The translations under genes and the position numbers were made by a program. DNA of 64,000 nt from Dehalococcoidia bacterium (GTDB taxonomy: Bacteria; Chloroflexota; Dehalococcoidia; Plut-88900), in the NCBI GenBank assembly GCA_963668115.1, contig OY764147.1:1928345-1992344 (forward strand), in the 5' to 3' direction. Under the pieces are notes generated by a model that saw only the letters and a list, made by a program, of their open reading frames with translations, was not told where the DNA came from and did not search any database. Below are positions 18,780 through 26,719 of the stretch, piece after piece (position 1 is the first letter of the stretch; each line of letters begins with the position of its first letter).

Positions 18780-19046
18780 ATGCGGCTTCGAACAACGAGG
18801 GGGTTTAGGAGAGATGCTGGCAGGGCAAAGAGGCGAGGCAAGTCCATGCATAAGCTCTGTACGGTCGTGGAATTGCTTTTGTCAGGCGAGTCCCTCCCCT
18901 CGCGATACAGGCCCCACCGTCTCTCCGGCAACTGGTCTCACTATTGGGAATGCCATATCGAATCCGATTGGCTTTTGGTCTGGAACCGAGAGGAGGATGA
19001 GTTGATACTGGTACGCACCGGTACACATTCCGACCTATTTGATTGA
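18780..19046 (+). CDS. yafQ: YafQ-type RelE/ParE-family mRNA interferase toxin
   Basis: 88 aa; HRLSGNWSHYWECHIESDWLLVWNREEDELILVRTGTHSDLF closely matches YafQ. Confidence 0.8.
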   Translation: MRLRTTRGFRRDAGRAKRRGKSMHKLCTVVELLLSGESLPSRYRPHRLSGNWSHYWECHIESDWLLVWNREEDELILVRTGTHSDLFD

Positions 19047-19109
19047 CCCATACTCACCCCCATCCCCGCGCTATAATGTCCCCACCCCACCCCAAGGAGG
19101 AACCCCGAC

Positions 19110-19511
19110 ATGAAAAAAGAGGTCGTTAACTCACCGAAGATTGGCAAGGCTTTTTCCAGCACCACCTGTCACGCCACCAAGGCCGGCGGTTTCCTGTTCA
19201 TTACCGGCCAGGTCGCCAACCCCCCGGACGTAGGCGGCAACCCCCATGCCACCCCCGAGATGGGCACCATTGAGCAGCAAGCTACCCAGGTCATGGAGAA
19301 CCTCAAGGCTATCCTGGAGGAGGCCGGCACCAACTTCGACAACGTGATCAAGCGCAACGTCTACCTTACCCACATCAACGACTTCGACCCCGTGTACAAG
19401 GTCATGGAGAAATATCTCTCCTCGCCGATGGCCAGCACGGGCGTCCTCGCAGGGCTGATTCCCCCCAGCGCCCGACTCGAAATCGAGCTCATCGCCGTCA
19501 TACCCGACTAA
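19110..19511 (+). CDS. ridA: RidA/YjgF/TdcF-family reactive-intermediate deaminase
   Basis: 133 aa; RNVYLTHINDF and C-terminal ARLEIELIAV motifs; RBS aaggagg. Confidence 0.8.
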   Translation: MKKEVVNSPKIGKAFSSTTCHATKAGGFLFITGQVANPPDVGGNPHATPEMGTIEQQATQVMENLKAILEEAGTNFDNVIKRNVYLTHINDFDPVYKVMEKYLSSPMASTGVLAGLIPPSARLEIELIAVIPD

Positions 19512-19527
19512 CACCCTGGAGTTTTTC

Positions 19528-19953
19528 ATGTTTATCCGCCTTCACCACGTCGGCCTTCTCGTCAAGGACCTCAACGAGACCAAACGCCTCTACTGCGACC
19601 ACTATGGCCTTAGACCCGGCCGGGAGTTCGATCTTGTTGAAGAAGACGTGCGCATTCTCAACATACCCATCGGTGACAGCATGATCGAGGTCAACCAGGT
19701 CATCAACCATGACAGCGGCGTCGGACGCTACCTGGAGAAGAACGGCGATGGTCTCCATCACATCTGCCTTGAGTCCGACAACCTTGACGCCGACCTGGCA
19801 ATGCTGAAGCCCCTCGGCTACGACCTCATCAAGCCCATAGGCTCCAACGACTACGGCTTCCGGGTCGGCTGGATTCACCCCAGGCAGGCCCAGGGCGTCC
19901 TAATCGAGCTCTGGGAAAACCCCAAGGGCAAGCCCGACATCTCCCGCTCTTAG
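19528..19953 (+). CDS. VOC-family protein (glyoxalase/methylmalonyl-CoA epimerase-like)
   Basis: 141 aa; LHHVGLLVKDL and HHICLESDN VOC metal-binding pattern. Confidence 0.75.
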   Translation: MFIRLHHVGLLVKDLNETKRLYCDHYGLRPGREFDLVEEDVRILNIPIGDSMIEVNQVINHDSGVGRYLEKNGDGLHHICLESDNLDADLAMLKPLGYDLIKPIGSNDYGFRVGWIHPRQAQGVLIELWENPKGKPDISRS

Positions 19954-19995
19954 TCCACCTGCAGCCAACCGATTAGTAACTATCCAAGGAGATTT

Positions 19996-20541
19996 TTGAC
20001 GATGGAAAGCAATTCACTGGCAAAACTGGCTGACCTGTTGAGACAGCGCAACCATATCGATGATGCCATTGCCAACCTAATAGACCGTCCAGCCCATTCA
20101 AGCCATCTTGGTGAGTTCGTTGCTGCCGAGATTTTCAACATTAAGTTGGCAGAATCCGCTGTGCAGAAAGGCAGTGACGGCCATTTCACTAACGGACCCC
20201 TCACCGACCAGTCGGTTAACGTCAAGAAATACTCCCTAGATAATGGCATACTTGATATCCGTCCCAATGCAGTTCCAGATTACTACCTTGTTCTCACTGG
20301 CCCACGCTCTTCGGCAATGTCGTCGCGAGGCACAAGTCAACCCTGGACTATTGAAGCGGTCTATTTATTCAAGGCTGATCCTTTGATTCAAAGCCTGAGA
20401 CAACGCGGCATCAAGCTCAACGAAGCCACCAGTGTTAGACGTCACTATTGGGATGAGGCGGAAATCTACCCTACCCCTACCAACCCCGCCCTAGTATTGA
20501 CCCCTGAACAACGTTCTGTGCTCGCGTTATTCAAGGGTTAG
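19996..20541 (+). CDS. Hypothetical protein, no recognisable family; lower GC than its surroundings
   Basis: 181-aa ORF (TTG 19996 or ATG 20002) with aaggag RBS; compositionally distinct. Confidence 0.5.
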   Translation: MTMESNSLAKLADLLRQRNHIDDAIANLIDRPAHSSHLGEFVAAEIFNIKLAESAVQKGSDGHFTNGPLTDQSVNVKKYSLDNGILDIRPNAVPDYYLVLTGPRSSAMSSRGTSQPWTIEAVYLFKADPLIQSLRQRGIKLNEATSVRRHYWDEAEIYPTPTNPALVLTPEQRSVLALFKG

Positions 20542-20546
20542 CTAGG

Positions 20547-20885
20547 CTACCCGTACAGTCCGTCCGTCTTTGCCGCCATTATGAAGTCGTTGCGGTGGAG
20601 GTTGCGGATCTTGTGGGTCCACCAGGTGACGCGTACCTTTCCCCATTCGGTGATGAGCCTCGGGTGATGGCCCTCGGCATCCGCCGTACTCCCGACCCTC
20701 TGCGTAAACGACAACGCCTCACCGAAGTTGCCAAACTTAAAGGTCCGGTCCAACTTCGGAATCCCACCCTCGTCTATCAACTCCCACTCCGACACCTGCG
20801 GACGAAGCCCCGCGATCTCATCTTCCGTCACATGCGGCGCATCCCGACGGCACGCCACGCATTTCTCCTGTGTCAATGAAGCCAA
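20547..20885 (-). CDS. phhB: Pterin-4a-carbinolamine dehydratase
   Basis: 112 aa; EGHHPRL...W..V.V.WWTH signature of PCD/DCoH. Confidence 0.8.
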   Translation of the reverse strand: MASLTQEKCVACRRDAPHVTEDEIAGLRPQVSEWELIDEGGIPKLDRTFKFGNFGEALSFTQRVGSTADAEGHHPRLITEWGKVRVTWWTHKIRNLHRNDFIMAAKTDGLYG

Positions 20886-21031
20886 AGTTATGTCCTCCCG
20901 GATTATTCCGTTTCGTCAAATCGGCCCTAACTTCCTCCCCTTGCCGCTCCACGCCTTCTACGATATATTACATCGACTGACAGCCGCACTACCTAAGCTG
21001 CGGCGCAACTTCAACAACCCAGGGGATCTCC

Positions 21032-21226
21032 ATGGCATACGCCGAGCAGGACAGCGTCGAGGCAGGACTAGAGTTCAAAAGCCCCAGTGGCCTGAACGTC
21101 AAGACTACGGGCAACACCGTATTCCTGGACGCCGACAGCATGTACGTCCATGAGGTCGAAATCGCCGACGGCGACTGGGAAGGCGAGAAGTTCCTGCTCA
21201 ACCTGGACTACGCCGAGGCGAAGTAG
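21032..21226 (+). CDS. Small acidic hypothetical protein (64 aa)
   Basis: Preceded by TTGCCG-17-TATATT promoter-like hexamers (20941..20969) and a weak RBS; no homology recognised. Confidence 0.3.
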   Translation: MAYAEQDSVEAGLEFKSPSGLNVKTTGNTVFLDADSMYVHEVEIADGDWEGEKFLLNLDYAEAK

Positions 21227-21280
21227 CGGCATCCCTACCAGTCAAAGCCATAACCAATCGGGCGTAACCCTCGCCAACCG

Positions 21281-21616
21281 CTAACGCCGTAATGCTAGAC
21301 GCTCTGCGGCCAACCGGTTCATACTGACTCCGGCTTCGGCGGCATCCATAGCGAGGGAGCGGTGGGTGTCGGGTGGGATGCGAAGTGTGAGAGTCCCGCT
21401 GTAGCGTCGTGTGGAAATCGGCTCAGGGACCGGCTTGCCCTCCTCACGTAACCATCGGATCGAGAAGGCCACCAGCTCACGGATGCCTGCGAATGCCTTT
21501 TCCGGCGTGTCGTCCAGGTGGCTGAGGGAGCCGAACTCGGAGCACAGCCCGACGAACTCCTCGTCCTCCTCGGACCAGAGGACTCGGTAAGCGTATCGGT
21601 CGGCGATTTCAGGCAT
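21281..21616 (-). CDS. hicB: HicB-family antitoxin (UPF0150 N-domain plus C-terminal ribbon-helix-helix), orphan
   Basis: YRVLWSEEDEEFVGLCSEFGSLSHL HicB N-domain; C-terminal TLTLRIPPDTHRSLAMDAAEAGVSMNRLAAERL RHH; no HicA ORF in the 58-bp upstream gap. Confidence 0.7.
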   Translation of the reverse strand: MPEIADRYAYRVLWSEEDEEFVGLCSEFGSLSHLDDTPEKAFAGIRELVAFSIRWLREEGKPVPEPISTRRYSGTLTLRIPPDTHRSLAMDAAEAGVSMNRLAAERLALRR

Positions 21617-21674
21617 CGATCTGCTCTTTAGGCTTCCTTGATAAATGAAGGTCTAAAAAGTGTCAATTCTTCTC

Positions 21675-21980
21675 TTATGGGGTCGTAATATCGCAGTTAG
21701 CTTTAAGCCAGTCTATAGCTTCTCTGGCTTCTTGCTGATTTAATTGGACATAAAATAGGTTATACCAAGCATAATCCTCCTCTAATTGAGTATCGCTGAT
21801 GAGGGGATTCTCCTGGATTTTCCCCAAGTACCATTCACATGCAGGCTCTTTGCCTCCAAAAGCACTTTTTGTGATTACGCTTGGGGTTCCACCAGGCAGT
21901 GATGAACAACCCACAGTGGTAGTGATAGCTATCACTACCACTGTCACAGCTACCGGCAATTGTCTCAATGCTCTGAACAT
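21675..21980 (-). CDS. Small secreted lipoprotein (hypothetical) in a low-GC islet
   Basis: Signal peptide plus lipobox (VAVTVVVIAITTTVGCSS); the segment 21620..22140 is clearly AT-richer than its flanks. Confidence 0.55.
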   Translation of the reverse strand: MFRALRQLPVAVTVVVIAITTTVGCSSLPGGTPSVITKSAFGGKEPACEWYLGKIQENPLISDTQLEEDYAWYNLFYVQLNQQEAREAIDWLKANCDITTP

Positions 21981-22142
21981 GTTGCCATCCTTAAATAGCT
22001 CCATAATTATACTTGAACTTAATGGCCCATGAACGAGTAATATCTGTTAATTACCGACATGGAACCTACGGATAAATACATGTGTATCTGCTCTCTTCTC
22101 ACCAATACCCATTATAAACAAGAATTGTCAAATTATTAGTTT

Positions 22143-23189
22143 TTAACTTAGAGCACCTCCCTCCACCTCCCCCCTCAGCCCCGATATCCAACTGTTCATC
22201 GCCCTGTGCGACATCACCTTCACACCCGACACGACCATCATCCGGTACACCCAGCCCCGACTCACCTTGCTCCTGCGGCTTGGGTCCAGCCACTCTTTGT
22301 TCTTCGCCAGCTCCGCCAGGGTCCCAAGACCCATAAGCAGGGGCCAGGCGGTCGCCAACCGGAGGCGATAGTGTCTCTTGGGGATGGCCTGCAGGTATTC
22401 GGCGGCGGCCTTGTAGTGGTCCAGGGCTCGGCTGATGCCCCACGTTAGCGCAGTCCTGGCAGCCTCACTGTTTTTGGAGTCGAGCAGGTCATCTGCGGAG
22501 AGCCCGACTCGCTCCAACACTTCGCTCGGCAGGTAGCACCGGCCCAGCCGCAGGTCCTTGGGAACGTCCCTGAGGATGTTGGTCAGTTGCAGGGCCTTGC
22601 CGAACCTCACCCCCTTCTCGCTCATCTCTTCCGAATCCCAGCCCCCCAGCCCCGACAAGTGCGCCATGCACATCTCCGTCCAGAACCGACCCACGCATCC
22701 CGCCACCAGGTACGTGTACTCGTCGAGTTGCTCCGGGGTCTGGAAGCCCGTCACGCCTTCTTCTCGGAAGTAGGTCAGGTCGAGCTCCATACCCTGGGTC
22801 AGCGTCACGACCACCTGCCGGACTCGGAAGCGGTCCATCTCATCTTGTTCGTCCAGCATGGATATGGTCGTCGGCATGGCCCCGACGAGCTCCCGCTCGA
22901 TCCCACCCAGCCCCTCCTCCGCCGTCCGGGCAAGGGGCTCGACCTTGTCCGCGCCGCCTTTCCCTTCGACCATTCCGCGAAACTCCAGCAGCATAGCTAA
23001 CCTGTTATCGGCAGCGGCGGTCTTGGAGTCGGCTATTGTGTCTGCGGTACGCGCCAGCAGGTAGGCAAGGCCGAGGGGCTTTCTGAGGTTTCCGGGAAGC
23101 ACCCGAAGAGTCAGGTAGAAAGCCCGGGATGTGCCCTTAAGCACGGGCCCGAGGAGCCGGGCTTCTTCGTCCGGCGTTACGACCGGCAC
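22143..23189 (-). CDS. Squalene/phytoene synthase family protein (HpnC/HpnD-like); start uncertain (GTG about 23189)
   Basis: SRAFYLTLRVLP and YLLARTADTIAD isoprenoid-synthase motifs; the first ~208 aa of the 556-aa ORF overlap the GMC gene in another frame and are discarded. Confidence 0.7.
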   Translation of the reverse strand: MPVVTPDEEARLLGPVLKGTSRAFYLTLRVLPGNLRKPLGLAYLLARTADTIADSKTAAADNRLAMLLEFRGMVEGKGGADKVEPLARTAEEGLGGIERELVGAMPTTISMLDEQDEMDRFRVRQVVVTLTQGMELDLTYFREEGVTGFQTPEQLDEYTYLVAGCVGRFWTEMCMAHLSGLGGWDSEEMSEKGVRFGKALQLTNILRDVPKDLRLGRCYLPSEVLERVGLSADDLLDSKNSEAARTALTWGISRALDHYKAAAEYLQAIPKRHYRLRLATAWPLLMGLGTLAELAKNKEWLDPSRRSKVSRGWVYRMMVVSGVKVMSHRAMNSWISGLRGEVEGGALS

Positions 23190-23191
23190 AC

Positions 23192-24736
23192 CTATCCCGC
23201 CACCCCCAACCCCACCTTCATACCGATGAGCATGCTGGTCAGGTTGGTGTTGGCCAGGGGGATTACCGGAATGATGGAGGCGTCGGCGACATAGAGGTTG
23301 TCCAGCCCGTGCACCTTGCCCCGGGCGTCCACCACAGACCCCGGGTCTGACTCGGGGCCCATCTTGCACGTCCCGGAGGCGTGGGAGTAGTTCCCAATCG
23401 ACTGTTTTAGCTGGGCTGCTATCCCTTCGTCGGTCTGAAGCGGGGCCCAGGGATCCAGTTCTTCCTGGACGAATGAGGACAGGGGCGGCGCCTGCATTAC
23501 GCTGCGGAACACCTTCAGAGCATACACAAGGGCCGCCATATCCCGGCCTTCTTCGTCGGTGAGGTAGTTGGTCTCGATTGTCGGGGGGGCTTCCGGGTCC
23601 TGGCTGGTGATCCACATGCGTCCCCGAGACCTGGGGGCCATGTGGCAGATGAAGCCTTCCAGCGTGCGGGCCTCCAGCGTCCTCGGCACCTGGGAGGGCA
23701 ACATGTGCAGGTCGAATGGCAGCCCCTCCTGGCAGACGGGGCTCTGTGCTCGGAGGATCACCTGTCCCCTGTATAAGCTCTCTTCGCCCAGGTCTCGCAC
23801 TATCCGGTCCCATCTCTCATCCGTCGGCCTGTACTGCACGTAAAAAGACGGGTGGTCATGGAGGTTTCTCCCGACCCCTTCGATGACCGCCGTTTCATCC
23901 ACCCCGAGCTTTTTCAGCATATCCCCCGGCCCCACCCCCGACCTCATCAGTATCGAAGGCGTGCCATAGCTTCCCGCCGAGAGGATAATCGTGTCTGCCC
24001 GGAGTTCGACCTCTTCTCCTCGGGCCTTTACCAACAATGCCTGCGCCCTTGACCCCTCGATTACTACCCTGTCGATCATCGTGTGGTCAAGGATGGTCAG
24101 GTTGGATTGGTCCCTCACGGGGTCGAGGAAGGCGAAGGCGGCATTCCAGCGCTCCGAGTCCTTGACGTTTCCGTGGTAGGACGCGACCCCTTCTTCGGGG
24201 GTAGGGCCTCCCATGTCGTCGACCCTGCCGTAGCCCGTGTTCAGGGAAGCCTCTATAAAAGCTTGCTGGTAGAGTGAAAGCTCACTTTCCGCCATCCGGT
24301 GCGTATAAAGCGGGCCTTGAGTCCCCCTGTAAGGAGTCACCGAGTCCTCAGCCGTTCCCTCCACAGCCTGTATCAGGGGAACAATGTCTTTATATGACCA
24401 GCCGGGGTTGCCGGCGTCGGCCCAGGCGTCGTAGTCCCGGGGCACTCCCCATATTGCTGCACAGTCGTTGTGGGAGGAGCACCCGCCGATTACCCTGGCC
24501 CGGAGTTCCGTGAAGCTCGACCCTCCGGGTCGGTTGGCCTTGTAGCCCCAGTCGTGGCTGTCGGGATCGAAGCGGGGGTCGAGCAGGTCTTTGGGCCAGC
24601 GTCCCTCCGACTTCGACCCGTAGTCGGGGCCCGCCTCCAGCAGCGCCACCGACAGCCCGGCCTTGCTCAGCACGTTCGCCGCCGCGCACCCCGCCGACCC
24701 CCCACCCGCGACTATCACATCATAATGCAGCTTCAT
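23192..24736 (-). CDS. GMC-family FAD-dependent oxidoreductase (choline dehydrogenase-like)
   Basis: 514 aa; N-terminal YDVIVAGGGSAGCAAA Rossmann fold; C-terminal GTCKMG and ADASIIP GMC motifs. Confidence 0.85.
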   Translation of the reverse strand: MKLHYDVIVAGGGSAGCAAANVLSKAGLSVALLEAGPDYGSKSEGRWPKDLLDPRFDPDSHDWGYKANRPGGSSFTELRARVIGGCSSHNDCAAIWGVPRDYDAWADAGNPGWSYKDIVPLIQAVEGTAEDSVTPYRGTQGPLYTHRMAESELSLYQQAFIEASLNTGYGRVDDMGGPTPEEGVASYHGNVKDSERWNAAFAFLDPVRDQSNLTILDHTMIDRVVIEGSRAQALLVKARGEEVELRADTIILSAGSYGTPSILMRSGVGPGDMLKKLGVDETAVIEGVGRNLHDHPSFYVQYRPTDERWDRIVRDLGEESLYRGQVILRAQSPVCQEGLPFDLHMLPSQVPRTLEARTLEGFICHMAPRSRGRMWITSQDPEAPPTIETNYLTDEEGRDMAALVYALKVFRSVMQAPPLSSFVQEELDPWAPLQTDEGIAAQLKQSIGNYSHASGTCKMGPESDPGSVVDARGKVHGLDNLYVADASIIPVIPLANTNLTSMLIGMKVGLGVAG

Positions 24737-24751
24737 TTCGGACGAGACTCT

Positions 24752-25639
24752 CTAATACCCCATCCGCTCGATGTGCTCTATTAGCTGCTTGATGGTTGCT
24801 TCTCCGGCACGGGTCCCGGGTTGTCGCACGACCGGGCTCCCGAGCAGGCCCCGGTAGTGCAGTGCGTTCTTCCGGATGCTCAGGTCAATCCCGTCCTGCA
24901 CCTCGAACAGGATCAGGGGGAGCCATTCGTAAAAGAGCTTTTCCGCGGCGTCGGTCTCGCCCTCCGCCATGTGGCGGCAAATCTTGACCAGGGTTTCCGG
25001 GAAGGCGAAACCCGTCATGGCTCCAGCCCCTCCCTGTGCCAGCTCGTCCAACAGAAACAGACCGCCCAGACCGCCGAAAATTGTAAGCCTGTCACCGGCC
25101 AGCGCCTTGATGGCGCGGACCTTCGGGGGGGTGGGTGGGGCCTCTATCTTGCAGTACTGCACCGACGGGATGTCGTCCGCGAGGCGCATGAAGAACTCCG
25201 GCGGCATGTGCACGCCCGTGGTCTTTGGGTAGTCCTGCACCACGATGTCGATATCCACGGCCTCGGCGATGCGATAGTAATGGGAGTAGACGACGTCCAG
25301 GTTGGACTTGGGCATGGGTGGAGGGGCTATCATCACCGCTGCGGCCCCCATCTCCTTCGCCTCCCGAGTGCGTGCTATGGCAGTCACGGTGCTCGGGCCA
25401 GAGGTTCCCAGGGTCACGGGCATCCCGTTGGCCTCGGCGATCACCGTCTCGGCGACTCCTCGGCCCTCGGCGTCCGTCAGCCGGTGAGCTTCGCCCATCA
25501 CGCCTAGGGCCACGACGCCCTCGCACCCCGACTCCCGGGCCTTGCCGACCAGGTTCGGTATGCTGGACTCGTCCACCGATTCGTCTTCGTGAAAGGGTGT
25601 CGCCAGCATCCAGTGAACGCCTTTGAGCTTACTTGCCAT
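24752..25639 (-). CDS. Dihydrodipicolinate synthase/N-acetylneuraminate lyase family (DapA-like) aldolase
   Basis: Start at ATG 25639 (GGAGG RBS); VHWMLATPFHEDESVD N-terminus and TIM-barrel class I aldolase pattern. Confidence 0.7.
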   Translation of the reverse strand: MASKLKGVHWMLATPFHEDESVDESSIPNLVGKARESGCEGVVALGVMGEAHRLTDAEGRGVAETVIAEANGMPVTLGTSGPSTVTAIARTREAKEMGAAAVMIAPPPMPKSNLDVVYSHYYRIAEAVDIDIVVQDYPKTTGVHMPPEFFMRLADDIPSVQYCKIEAPPTPPKVRAIKALAGDRLTIFGGLGGLFLLDELAQGGAGAMTGFAFPETLVKICRHMAEGETDAAEKLFYEWLPLILFEVQDGIDLSIRKNALHYRGLLGSPVVRQPGTRAGEATIKQLIEHIERMGY

Positions 25640-25842
25640 CCGAGACCTCCCTATTAGGTACACGCGGGTATCGAACCGTGTTATTGGAGATGCTGAAAGT
25701 GCGCCTTTGGCGTGGGCCGCATTATGTTTGAGGGGATTCTCGGGTGTCAACAGCCGTTGCGCCCTCCACCCCTTGCATCGCCTATTCCTGCGTAATGGTA
25801 GAATGGCTACTGTAAGGAGCACACCCCGGAAAGCGAGTACAC

Positions 25843-26160
25843 ATGAGAAAGGCAAACGCCGCAGCACCTATGCAGGCTGCAAGACCCACCGTGCCGCCAG
25901 CTCGCCCTAAAGATGAAACGGCCCGCCTGGGCAAAGAAATCTACGAGCGGGACATTCGCCCAGTGGTGGAGGCAGACCACAAAGGGGATGTCGTCGCCAT
26001 CGATGTGGACAGCGGGAAATGGGCCGTCGGCTATGAGGCATCTGAAGCGGTGGACCTCCTGAGCGCCCAATGGCCCGAGGCCCATGACATCCTGTGCCTG
26101 AGGGTAGGCCGCATTGCGGTATACAGCTTCGGCGGCAGCTCTTTGCGGAGACCCGAGTGA
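25843..26160 (+). CDS. DUF5678-like small protein
   Basis: HKGDVVAIDVDSGKWAVG and ILCLRVG motifs; TGgTAGAAT extended -10 upstream; stop overlaps the GTG start of the downstream protease. Confidence 0.5.
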   Translation: MRKANAAAPMQAARPTVPPARPKDETARLGKEIYERDIRPVVEADHKGDVVAIDVDSGKWAVGYEASEAVDLLSAQWPEAHDILCLRVGRIAVYSFGGSSLRRPE

Positions 26161-26528
26161 TCCAGGGCTACGTTAGCGACTCCTATGAAGCCATCGTTGC
26201 CTTCACCATACAAGGCCCGTCGGGTCTAACAAGAGAAATAGAGGCCGTGATAGATACCGGCTACACCGGATTCCTTACCCTGACCCGTGGGCTGGTGAAT
26301 GAGTTGCAGTTGCGTTTCCGGAACCGTGACTTGGCAATTCTTGCAGACGGACGTGAGGCGGTCTTCGACGTTTACGGTGTCACGGTTCTGTGGGACGGTA
26401 ATAGCCGGTACGTCGACGCTTATGTGTCCGATGCTAGTCCACTGGTGGGGATGCGGCTGCTGGACGGCCACAACCTGAACGTCGAAGTGGTGAACGGCGG
26501 ATCCGTGGCAATCCAGGGCCGAGCGTAG
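26157..26528 (+). CDS. Retropepsin-like (clan AA) aspartic protease
   Basis: IDTGYTGFLTL contains a DTG catalytic motif; GTG start at 26157 overlaps the upstream stop (GTGA). Confidence 0.65.
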   Translation: MIQGYVSDSYEAIVAFTIQGPSGLTREIEAVIDTGYTGFLTLTRGLVNELQLRFRNRDLAILADGREAVFDVYGVTVLWDGNSRYVDAYVSDASPLVGMRLLDGHNLNVEVVNGGSVAIQGRA

Positions 26529-26719
26529 AGAAGCCGGACACCCGCCCCTTGCATCCCCCCACCCCTCGACCTATCCTTTTCCCCAAGTGGCATCGCCCCG
26601 ATAAGCCCTCTCCACAAAAAGATTTTTCCCGTTAAACAATCAAACCCGTGCCTGAGAGCTCAATTCAATCAAATAGACTGGCCTCTGAATCATGATCATT
26701 TCTTGGAGTACCCACCCCC

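Noticed and set aside
23190-23813. The N-terminal 208 aa of the 556-aa ORF 22143..23813
   Set aside because: It overlaps the GMC oxidoreductase coding region in a different frame and is low-complexity. The squalene-synthase homology begins only after the GMC stop, so the start was set at GTG about 23189.
25640-25700. tRNA-like T-arm motif (cggttcgataccc) on the minus strand
   Set aside because: No acceptor stem, no CCA context and no cloverleaf could be built. It overlaps the DapA-like gene's upstream region and is probably a chance match.
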